In this document: positions 35,569 to 47,500 of the stretch, in pieces | How positions within the stretch are numbered: the stretch's first letter is position 1 | How the letters are laid out: each line of letters opens with the position of its first letter | DNA from: a virus | Lineage: Duplodnaviria > Caudoviricetes | Length of the DNA stretch: 64,000 nt | Virus record (IMG/VR): IMGVR_UViG_3300021400_000045 | Location: 32,001 to 96,000 of that record | Strand: one strand, 5' to 3' | Notes under the pieces: generated by a model | What the model was told of the DNA's origin: nothing | The model's input: only the letters and a program-made list of their open reading frames with translations | Databases searched by the model: none | Translations under genes and position numbers: made by a program

Positions 35569-38500
35569 TTACGAGCCCTTGGCGTATATCGCTTGCACGA
35601 GGTAGCCCGGAAGCTGTGCGATAATGGCGTCGCCCAGAGACTGAGCGTCGTTCACGCCGTTGAGGATAATGTCACCGATATCAATAGAGATGTCGCCGCC
35701 CTGAGTCTGAGACAGCAGGTCAGGGATATCAATATTGTTCAGGAGGTTGGTCAGCAGAGCGGAGGTCTCCGTTCCGCGATTGATAGAGTCATAGTACTGG
35801 GTAAAGTCGATGCCCGCCAGCATATCCGTCACGGGGATCAGCTCATTGCCCATCGCGTCATAGATGTTGTTATTGTCTTTCTGCTTCTCAAGGCCGTTGA
35901 TGACCAGGTCATAGATCTGGTTGTTGACGGCATCGGTCGCGTTCTCCATCGCGTCCTCGTCGGCCACATAGTGATAGCCCTGCTGGTTATCATACATGAG
36001 CACCTTGCGCTGGCGAGCGTCTTCGAGGTCATTGAGGGCCTTCATCAGGTTCAGCTGACGCTGATACTCATCATTCTGCTTTTCGAGGATCTCGATCTTC
36101 ATGTCGATGATGGCGTCGTTCCACTCTTCCTGACTTGCCTTGATGTTCAGAATCTCGCCGTCGTTGTCCTGAAGCTGTTTGTACAGCTCCTGATACTTTT
36201 CGGACAGCGTGTCGAGACCGGCCATCTGCTCGCGGATCTGCTGGTTCTGCTGTTCGAGGTTCGCGATCTGCTTCATGCCATTGGAGATGAGCATACGGAA
36301 CTCATTGACCTGGCCCACACTTCCCTGTGCCTCACGCAGTTTCTGGATGCCCTCGATCTTTTCCTGAAGGTTGTTCAGGTAGTAGATGCTCGTCTCAAGG
36401 TTGCCCAGCGTGATGTTCTTGACCTCGTCGTTCAGTTCAGACAGGTTGATCTTCGCCTCGCTGATGGTTCTCTTCAGTTCCTCAATCTGCTTGGCATAAT
36501 TATACCAGTCGTCACTGCCCGCCTTGATAACGCCGGAGGCGACCTGATCGTCGAGCTCTTTCTGAAGCGTTGACTGCTCCTCGCTCAAGTTATTTATGAC
36601 TTCTTCCGTCAGCTTGATCGCATCAAGATAGTCGGTGCGCGTCATCTCCTGACCGTAGGCTTCCTTGACCTCATTCAGTTTGTTATAGGTTTCGATCTGC
36701 TGGTTCAGCATATCATCGATGTTACCAAAGTAGTTGACGATATTGTCAAGCTTCTGTTTCGACAGGTCGTAGAGCTGGTCTTTCAGTTCTTCGATGGTGT
36801 CGCGGCAGGCCACAGCTTTCTCCCACCAGTTCTGGTAGGTTGTAATGGCTTTGCGTGTCTTCTCATCGCTGTACTCTTCGATGTCGATCGTGCCCTGCTG
36901 AATCTTTCTAATGATGTCAGCAGTCAAACCTGCGCGTTGTCCGAACTCCTCTGCCTGCCGTTCATATCTAAGCGCTGCCTTTTCGTTGAGCTCAATTTCA
37001 GCGTTCGTGTTATTGATGGCGTTGGTCAGTTCACGATTCCGTGCAAGATACCCGACCGCCTTTTCAGCAGACTTGATGTACTCCTGCGTCTTCCGCTTGA
37101 TCAGGTCGAGCGCTTTCGGGATCCAGTCAACCAGCTTCTCAGCCCACTTCAGCGCGTTATTAGCTCCGCTACCGGTGCCATTGGAAACGGTCTTGGTCGT
37201 CGTGTTGTTCGACGGTGTCAAGTTCGTGCCTGTGCCTTGCTTACCGGTATCGTTGGCGTAAGACTGGTTCCTGTCGTTGGCATCATAAATAGTATCTGCT
37301 TTCGTGACATTGACAGTTGTCTTAGCGGGGGCAAAAACGATTTGTGCAGATTTTTCCTTGTCAGCACCAGCGGCAAGCTGTTGCAAGCGGGTAGACATAC
37401 CAGTGGCGAACTTTCTTCCGCCCTTTACCCCGCCGTTCCTGAACGCATCAAATACACGCCCGATGATGCCTCTGCGCTTGATCTTCTTGGTATCCTCGGC
37501 GGTGTGTACGATATCACCCTTGTCAAGCTGCGCAAACCTCGGCCCGTTGTCGGTGCCCAGTTCAAACGTCCCACGGCTGACATGCTCGATCAACTCCGCG
37601 CCTTCCTCGTCAACCAGAGACATGCCGGGTGCGGCGTTACTCGTACCTTCGGCGTTCTTCTGAACGGTGGTCGTTACAGTCTTGTTTGCGACATTATTGA
37701 TCTTCGACTGCATCTGCGTGACGTTGGCATCTACGTTGACTGTGACGGTCTTGCCGTTGACACTATTGACCGCCGACTGTGCAGCCGTCGTGTTGGCTGT
37801 GACGGGGATCTCAATAGGCTTCATGTTCCGAAGCTCGTTGAAACCAGCCAGCAGATCACCAGGGATCTGCATATCAGGGATAGACTGGATGGTGCTTAGC
37901 CTCTGGTTGTACTGCTTGGCGGCTTCAGGTGTCGTGATAGCGCTTCTGTTATTGAAGTATGCCGCCATGTTTCTGAAGTCTTCATACGGGTTTCCGGTGC
38001 TCCAGGCTTGTGCGCTACCGGTGTCAGCCGTCTTTGACTCTTTTCTTTCCTCTTCAGCGCCTTGCCTTGCCGAGTCACTCATTGCCTTGGCCGCTGTTTC
38101 AGACGCGGTCGCCGCGTCTTTCAGAGCTTTTGCTGTGTCTGTCGGTGTACCGGGAGTTGTGGCTTCAGTCTGCTGTTCGACAGTTACAGGTTCCGGCTGC
38201 ACCTGCTGTTGCGCGACAGGCGCTACTACTGTTTCGATAGTCTCTCCGACTTCATCAATTGCTTTTGCTACGGGGTCTGCCGCAGGGGTCGTCGGTTCTT
38301 CGGTGCCCTGTTCTTCGGGTGCTTTCGGTTGCGGCACTGTAGGCGCGGGGCCAGTGGACACCTGGGCACTCGTCTCCGCCTTTTCTGCGGTCTCGCTCAG
38401 TGCTTCGGCCACATTCTGTTTAACCTGCGCGGCAATGTCTTCCATCGTGAACTTGGGCGGTTCGCGATCTGTATCAATCGGCTTTTGTGGTGCGTTCTCA

Positions 38501-41500
38501 GGCTTGCCGCCATCAGGCGAGAACATGATCTCAACATCGTCAGAAACGTTGTCTAAAGACTTTGATGTCTCTTCTGCGGCACTGGCAACAATGGGGGCCA
38601 GCCCACGCAGTTCCTCAAAGTCGGCTTTCAGGTCGTCTGGGATTCGCTCTTCCGGTGTATTCTGTAGCTCTTGCAGCCTGTCGTTGTATGACTTGATCAC
38701 ATCCGGTGTGACCGCGCCGTCAGCGCCATTGATTATTGACGATACATTTCTGAGGTTTGCAATCTTCCCCATTAAAGCCCAGCGTCCTTCGTAAGAAATG
38801 CCAGACTTGTCCTTATCAGAAGCCGGTGCAAACGTAAATGCCTTGGAGCCGCCTTTGCCTTCACCGCCAGTAGCGCCACCTTTGGTAGCGTTGTCAACTT
38901 TCTCTTTCAGTTTGCTGTCTTCGGCGTCTAATTCAACGGTGACTTTCTTACCGTCGGTCTCATCGATAGCATTATCGAGTTCTGATTTATCTGCGGCGAG
39001 CGGCACTTCAATCGGCTTCATGTTCATGAAGTCTTTGAATACTCCCATCGGGTCGCCGTAGGTATTTACATAATTCTGTATTGCAGACAGTGCTCGATTG
39101 TATTGCTGATCTGTAACTGTTTTTCCGGGCAGTGGCTTCATTTGACTGGCTGCTTCATTGACAGCCTTCATTTCGGCCTGATAGGTTCGCAGTGTATCTG
39201 CCGCGTTCAGAAGATCACTTTCTGCCGGGGCCTGCACACCCGTGTCCTTGGAGAGCTCGGCCTGTGCTTCATGGAGCGTTTGATCATACTCGTCCACCGA
39301 TTTCTGAGCCTCATCCCAGCCTTCAGCGACTTCCTGAACAGCGGTTACCAAACCCTTGCTGTCCGTATCGTGCTCCAATTTCGGTTGCTGCCCACTACTC
39401 TCTTCCTGCTCAACCTTGACATCCACTTCCTGCGGTGGCGGTGTGGTCTGGTCGGCACTTACTGTCTCAGCGGCCTTTGCTGCCTCTTCAGCCGTCTTGG
39501 CCACGCCAGTTACGATCGGCTCAAGCGCCTTTAACTGCTTGAAACCTTCTTTCAACGCGTCTGGGATCAATTCATCCGGCAGATTCTTGATAGCCGCAAG
39601 CCTCTGGTTGTATGCATCAATTTGTTCGGCAGTCTTGGCAGCCTCAGGATTATTAAGATACGCGGCCAGGTTTCTGAAATCCTCGAACTGATTTCCAGTA
39701 CTCCATGCCGCCGCTGAAGGCGGCGGGGTCTGGGCGGCACTTTCTGCATTATGTTCCTTTACATCAGATGCCTTTGTCTCGGCGGCTTTTGCGGCTTCTT
39801 CAGCTGTCTTTGCCGCGCCAGTTACTATAGGCTCAAGCGACTTTAACTGTCTGAAAATGTTTTGATAATCTGACGGTATCAGCTCTTCGGGTGTATTCTT
39901 GATTTGGGCCAACAGTCGATTATACTCTTCAATCCCTTCAGGAGTTGTAACTCCTGCGCGGTTATTGAAGTACGCAGCCATTTCCCTGACTTCCTGCGGG
40001 CTGTAAGTCGCGTTCGCGCTCTTGGTTTCTGCTTTCGGTTGTTCTTTCTTGGTCTTGATATATTCAAGCCCTTCAATTTCTTTGATGAGTTCTTCCTGTT
40101 CACTGTGGTCTTCAGCATATCTCTTTACAGTTGCCAGCGCCTGATTGTAATCTTCATCGCTTATGGTGCGTTTGGGCACGGGTTGGCCAGTTTTCGCGCT
40201 CTTTTCGATCGTTTCCATTTCAGACGCGAACGTCTGCAATGTTTCGACAGCACGCGCCACATTGTCGGGCATCTGCTCTGAGACTACAGGCGTTTCGGCT
40301 ACGCCCTCTGTTGCAGGTGGTACTTCACTACCTTCTGCGGTCTCGCCGCCTTCGCCTTCAGAACCTTCCTTCTCTGACTCTTTCTCCATCTGAGCGGCAA
40401 GAGTGTCAATCTTCCCACCCACATCACCGAGTGCGCCCGTGTTTTCTTCCACGGCCCCTGTGTTGCCAGTCACAGCGCCGGTTAATTCGCTTTCAGATGC
40501 ATCTTTTGCTTCTTCGCGCAAATCGGGCTTATTCAGTCCGGCCTTCTCTGCGGCTTTTGTGAACTTGTTACCGGTATCTATCAGGTCTTGCAGTGTTTTT
40601 GCGTTCGCATCATGGTTGTACGCTTCTACAGCCTGCTGATAATTCTTGCGGGCTTCAGTGTACGCCTCGTAGTTCGCGTTCTGCGTCGCCGCGTCCATCT
40701 CGACTGTCTTCGACTCGAACTTGTACTTCTTTGTTTCGTCTGCGATGAACTCATTCAGCTCGCCGAACATATGTTCGACCAGGTCTACACTGACGCCCAT
40801 CTTCTCGGCGATCTGCTCAACGCTCCAATTGGCTGAGAACGAACCGTCTGCGTTCAGGATCCCGGCTTTCTTCGCGTCAGCCTGCCAGTTCCTCGCGCCC
40901 CAGCCTACGTCTTTGCCTTCCTTGTCATCGGGATTACTCTTGGACAGATACCGCACCAGCTTGCTCCGCTGTCCGGCGTTGCCGTAGTAATTCCCGTCCG
41001 GGCCAAGCAGGTATTCCTGCGCCGCCTTGTACGCCGCTGTGCCGACGCGGCCAGACTTGAAGCCTTCTTCCAGCGCCTTCAGCGCGTTCATAGCCTCGTC
41101 GTAGTTGTCGCCCTCTTCGGGCCCGCCTTTCGCCAACTGCCATCTGCCGTATGCCGACATGGCCATCTTCATCTGCATGCCGAGCCGGTTGTACAGATCG
41201 ATTTCGCCCTGAATACCTACCATGTTCTTGGTGATCGCGGCAATCTCTTCCTGTGCATTTCTTAACTTGGTCTGATGATCGGCCTCTTCTTCTTTTGCGA
41301 CGCTCTCATTCTGCATCTTCTGATATTCAGCCAGCTTCGTAGCCAGCTTTTTCGATTCATTGACGTAGTCATTCTGTTTCGCGATCATGTCCTTGTACAT
41401 GACGTCGTACTGCTCGGACATTTTGCTTGACATGACCTTGCTGAACGTATCCATGTCGAAGAACGTCGTACCGTAGTCGTACTTGACCGCCTTCAACAGG

Positions 41501-44500
41501 TCAGGATCATTCATGTCTTTCAGCGTCTTATAGTCTTCCTCGCTGAGCGCGTTCGCGCCGTAACCGGTGTTCTTGAAGATGCTCATCGCTTTGGTACGAT
41601 TGTCGAGCATGCCGGTGATGCGGGTCTGAAGACCAGTTGCTGTGGTATCAGTAAGGTTGTCAGGAGCCGGGGTTTCTCTAAGACTGTTCAGATGGTCGAT
41701 AAACGAGTCGATATCACCGCCAGCCTCAATAAGTGCTTGTCTGAACCCGTCAAATTTCTGCTGATTTAACGTATCAGCCGTGATTTCCGATGTCTTGGCG
41801 AGCTCCTCAAGCTCGTCACAGAGCGCGTCAAAATCCTTATCCGACTTTCTAAGCTCGTTGACCTTGTTTTGAGTATGGATGATCGGGAAAATCTGCCTGC
41901 CGATAGCTTCAAACGCAGTTCGCATTTCTGTATAAAGCATATCAGCGGTATCGCCCTGTGCCTCCATTTCGGCAATATTCTTGGCAAGCTGTTGATATTC
42001 TTTAATGAGCTGGCCTTCTACTTGATTGATCAGGTCGTGGCCCTGGGAATCCTTGGGAGAAGACATTTTTCTGAAGCGCTCGATATACATCTCGTTCTCG
42101 CGGCGCGTTTCTTCATCTTGCTTATCCCAGAATTCGAGCTCTTCGACAGCATCTGCGCGAACATCTTTCAGGTACTTATACATCTCAACGGTACCAAGAA
42201 GATCGTTACCAACCAACCCATTTTTCAGATATCTGTTGAGCTCATCAGTCACCTGACCAAAGCTGTTATTCGCGTTTGCCTTGATTATACTCTTTGTGAC
42301 GTCGTCTATATTTTCACCAGCATACCCCATCATGTCGTCGATGTATGCCTGTGTAGTCTCTTTTGCTTCACTAACGAGCTTGCGCCCGTCACCGGCCAGT
42401 CCTGGATTAGACAGCTTGAAAGCAAGCGAGCCATTCATAGAATACTGCTGTCGCCACGACTCTTTATTTGTCGTATATGCAACTTTGCCAGCCTCTGCGG
42501 CTATCTGCTTCTGAACTTCGAGCTGCAGCTCCATTTCCGCTGTCTGCTCTTTTAGATCTGCCTTGGTCTGCTGGTCGGCGAAGCTCAACGGCCCCTTGCG
42601 ATCAAGTTCATCATATTGCTGTTTAAGCTTGGCCAGCTCATCTTCGAGGGCCTTAACCTCATTCTGAGCGCTCTGATAATTTGCTGATGCATCGTCTGCA
42701 GCCTGCACCGCATATTTCTCTGCGTTTGCATATCTATCGAACGCTTTGAGCCCCTGGTCGGCGAGCCAGCCAACACCAGCCATGAGGCCAGATACTAACA
42801 GATTCGCTCCGACATTCTTTAATATACTACCAATGCCTTGTAGCTTCATCTGCATGATGGTCATGCCATCTGTGGCGTTCGAGATGCCGTCACTGTACTC
42901 CATCGCAAAGCGCGTCGCCTTGGTCATTGCCGTGCCTTCGCCGAGCTTCTTCTGGGCTCTGGTCATGGCCTCAAGTTTATTCGCGCCCTCACCGAGTGCG
43001 GTATTGTATTCCTTAATGGCCTTACCCTGTACCGTACCGCCTCTATTAGTGATGGCGTCCATCATGCCAGTCAGGATGTTTCCATTGCCGTTCTTCGCAA
43101 ACAGACCTGCCAGTCCTGCAATCCCACCGCCGGTAAGAACCGTTCCGGCTGAGCCAAGTCCGCCAACAATGCCATTGATGATATTCAGTATATCAGACCC
43201 GACCTGATACCAGCCCTTGATCACATCGCTACTCATCACTGTCTGCGACAGCTGTTCCCACGACGCGGTCATCTGTGCCTGCTTTGCCGCGATAGAGTCG
43301 AGCCAGCGCTCGTGTACTTCCTGCATCGTGCCTTGCGAGTTTTCCGATGTGTGCAGGATCTCTTCAGCACGGCTCATATTGTTAAGCAGTGCCGCGACCT
43401 GGTTCGACCTGACCTTACCGGCCAGCAGTTCCAGCAACGCGCTCTGCTTTACGTCTGTCATCTGATCCCAGACTTTGGAGATACCAAGCATGATGTCGTA
43501 GATACTCTTGTAGGTATCTTCATCCTGCATGATGTCAAAGCCGCCCTTGCCTGTGACGTTCGTCAGCGCGGCGACCTGTGCGCGGAGTTTCGAGGTAGAC
43601 TCGGCCATGCCGGTCGTATCTTCACCCGCCGATTCCAGCTCAGTTTTTGCGCCTCTCACGCGCATGCTTAACGTCTTGATGGCGTTACCTGCACTCGCAC
43701 TGTCACGCGTGATTTCAGAGATCGCTGTGATCATAGCGGTCGCCTGGTCAAGATTCACGCCGCCCATGTTCAATGCGCTGGCGCTTCGCTGGAGACCGGT
43801 CGCGATGTCTGAGGCCGTGACCGCGTATGCGTTGGCAACGGCAGTCAGCTTGTCAGACACCATCTCCGCGTCGCTGACATCAAGCCCGTCAAAGCCTCTG
43901 ATGATGGCGATCAGGGCGTCGGACGCGTCAGTCACACTGTTGAAGTTGCCGGTGTTCGCGAACTTGGTCGTGACCACGCCCAGCTGCTGGCTCTCCGCCA
44001 GGGAGTAGCCCATGCGCCCGTATTCCACAGACGTATTGATCAGGTCGGAGATAGACGAACCGATCTGTACGGCGGTCTGGCCGCTCTGCTTCTGGAAGCG
44101 TGTATACGCCGCACTCGACTCGTCCGTGACCTTTCTGAGCTCGGTCATCGCGGTATCGATCTGCGTGACGTAGCCCGCCATCTTCCGCATCGTGCCCAGC
44201 ACTTTGTTGAACGCCATAAACCCGGAGCCGAGGCCCAGCAGTCTGGTCGCCAACTTCGTGATCTTGCCTTCGTAGATCCCGACAAAACCGCCGCCACTCG
44301 CAAACGACTGGTTCAGCGCCTTGATATGGTTCTCCAGCTTGCTCGCACTGTCAGCCGCGCCTGTCATATCTCCGGCATCAACCTGTGTATTGTATTTCCT
44401 TTGCAGCTCGTGCATCTCGTTGTACATCTGCTGCTGGCCGGGTTTCCACTTGCTGACATCGCCCTGCTTCTGCTTCATCAAGTCGAGCTGGCCCATATAG

Positions 44501-47500
44501 TTGGTCACCTGCTCGCCGAGCTTACCGAAGGCGTCCCACTTGGATACGTTCGCGAGGTAGGCTTCCATCTGCCGGAGTTCGTCATTAAGCTTTCGGAAGG
44601 CCTCAACGTCGCCTTGCGCACTATTGAATGTGTTGTAGGCTTCGGTCAGCGCCTTCCTTCGCGTATCACCCTCGGTTTTCTGCTTCTCCGTCAGATGGCC
44701 ATTGTCGATCAGCTCCATGTCCTTATCGCCGGTCACACGACGGTAGCGCTGCATGGTATCAACCTGCATGCGAGCTACGCGCTCGGTCTCGGTGATTTGT
44801 GACATCACATTGCTGAACTGTTCAAGCCCGCCAGACTTGTTCAAGTCAATATTGCCGAGATCTTCAAGCAGTGTTTTCAGCGATTTGATCTTATCGAGCT
44901 GAACATCTTCAATGCCAAGCCCTTCGATCCACTTGTTAAGAGAGGCTGTCTTTGTATCGCGTCTTGTATCGGCGCTGAAGATTGCTGTGTCTCTCTGACG
45001 CTGAACGCGAAGCCGCGTAAGCTCCTGCCTGATCTTTGCCTGCGCTTCGGCAACGGCGTTCTTGTCATTGACGTCAGTGCCCATCAGCTGCTCAAGCAGA
45101 CCGCCCTCGCCTTCAAGCTTGCTCGTGTCGATGGTTTTGCCCATCTTCTCATAGGCAGTCTTGATGGTATTGATTTGCGCAAGGTACTGCTCATACGATG
45201 TGTTAAGCCGTTCCTGCGCTGTCGCTTCTTTCTTGCTGTCTGTCTGGGCCTTATCGTATTCCTTCAGCGCCTCAGACGCGGCCTTGATATTTGCGGTCAG
45301 GTTCGCCCACGCGTCGGCCTGCTCAACAGACGAACTCGACTGGCTCAAAGTCGTTACGCGATAAAGCGCGTCCTGAAGATTGTTATGTACTTCGGTGTCG
45401 GCCAGCGAGTCGGTGTTCGCGATCTTTTCGAGAAGCCCGTTGGCCTCCTGAATATCATTGACCTGTTTGTTGCTTTCCTTCGCCAGTTTCAGCGCGTCCT
45501 TCAGCGACGATACTCGCTTCGCTTTGACAGAAGGATCTTTCTCGTTTTGTGCCGCAGTGATTTGTTTCAGAACGTCTGTGATGAAATCGGGCAGGTCATC
45601 GGCAGAAAGCCCGCCATACGGCTGTGCAATCTCGGCAAGCTCTTTGCGCACATTGTTGATCTGCTGTGTCTGCTTCTTGCCATTCCAGTAGCGGGTGCTG
45701 TTATCCTTCTTCAGTTTGGCACTGCGCTTTTCTTTTTCTTTCCACTTGGGGTAGGCGACAGCGAGGTCGTCCTTCATCCAGTTCATGTTCTGCTCATAGT
45801 CTCTATAAGCAGCCTCGCGTTCCGTCGCATCTTTCGCATTATCGTAACGTCGCTTTGCGTCGCGGGCTTTCTTGTACTGCTCGGGACGCCCGTCGCCCAT
45901 TTTATCGTACTTCTCTTTGTATCCAGCAAGCGTTACCTTACTGCTGTGACTGATTTTTTGCTGTTGTTTCGCTAGTCTTATGTTCTCATTGTAGGCGGAG
46001 TTCTCCTCTGTCAGAGTCTTTTTGACTGTGCGAATCGCCTTTGCCATCTCATTATAAGCAAGGGCCTGATCTTTGGGGTCTACTGCCTGATGAAATCTGG
46101 TTGCCGCCTCATCGAATTCCTTGAACAGGTCGCCGCTCGTGATACCAATTTTCGAGAACATATTGGGCAGAGTCTTGCGCATCGACTCCATTTCCTCTAC
46201 GTTCTCGTTCATCTTTTCGATCGAGTTGTTGGCCCATTTCTTGGTGACCAGGTCATTGATGGCTTTTACGCTATCTTTAAGCGAAGCGTAACCGTTCTCC
46301 GCTTCTTCAATATCGGCGAGGCTACCCTTTTTAATCAGTTCAACTCCGCCATCTGCTCCGATTCTGGCTATTTCTTCCCACTGTTTGAGCAATCCATTGG
46401 TCGATGAATCGCCCTGCATGATCGGGAGATTACGCATTGCCGTAAGCTTGGTGATCAGCGCCTGCTCTCTCGCTTCAAGGTCTGCCTGATACTTGGCGAT
46501 CTTGTCAGTAAAGGTCTGTGTATGGGTTTGTGCCCTGTTGACCGTGTAGAAAGTTGGACTATCTTCGTCTTCCGGGTCGACCGGTTTCAATCCAAAGCTG
46601 TACTGCATTCTCGCCACTTCGGCAGAACCATACTTCTTACTAACAGCTGATAATCCGATGCCGCGAAGTGTTCCGTCGTTATCGAACATAGCCGAGATAT
46701 TTTTCGCTTCTGGATCAAGACCGTTCAGCGACTCAAGTATACTTCTGATTTCGGCGCTGACAGATCTGAGCTCGCCAGTGCCAATATTGTTGAGATACTC
46801 AGTAAGCTCCGTTAATGACTCAAAGTACCTGATCCCGTTGTTATTGGGCGGGATATTGGGCGGTGTAGAGCCACCTCCATTGGGCGGTATTGGCGGGGAT
46901 GAAGGTGCGGGCGACATGGGCGCTACCTGTGCCTGGGCCCTTCTTTCAGCCGCCGCTTTCTGCGCTTCAGCAGTAGACTTCTCTATATCAGCTACTTCTT
47001 GTCTGAATTTAGCCTGCTCTTCTTCTACTTTCTTATGCGCTTCATCAGCGCGACGATCGGCTTCAGCCTTCTGACGTTCCGTTTCAGCCTTCTGGCGTTC
47101 TGCCTCTGCAAGTTGTTTTTGCGTTTCAGTGGCTTGTCTGTCCGCTTGGGCTTTTTGTTCAGCCGCCTGCCGCTGGGCTTCCGCCGCCTGTTTGTCAGCC
47201 GCCGCTTTATCTTCCGCCGCACGCTTGGTTTCTTTTGCCGCTGCCGATAGATCATTGGCTGTTTTTGCGAGTTCTTCATTTCGCTTCTCTGCGAACTCAT
47301 TTACAGCTTCCTCATTTGCCTTTGTGCTTTCAACCAGCCCTCTCGCTCCGTTTCGCCTTACGATCTGTTCCTGAATCGCAAGCTTCTCCGGTGCGGTAAG
47401 CCCGCCAACATAGTCCATATTGCCGCGCTTTACGGCGTCCCTCATCTTCATCCGCTCTTTGACATCAATGTCATACGCGGCATCCTGAAGCATGTGCGGC

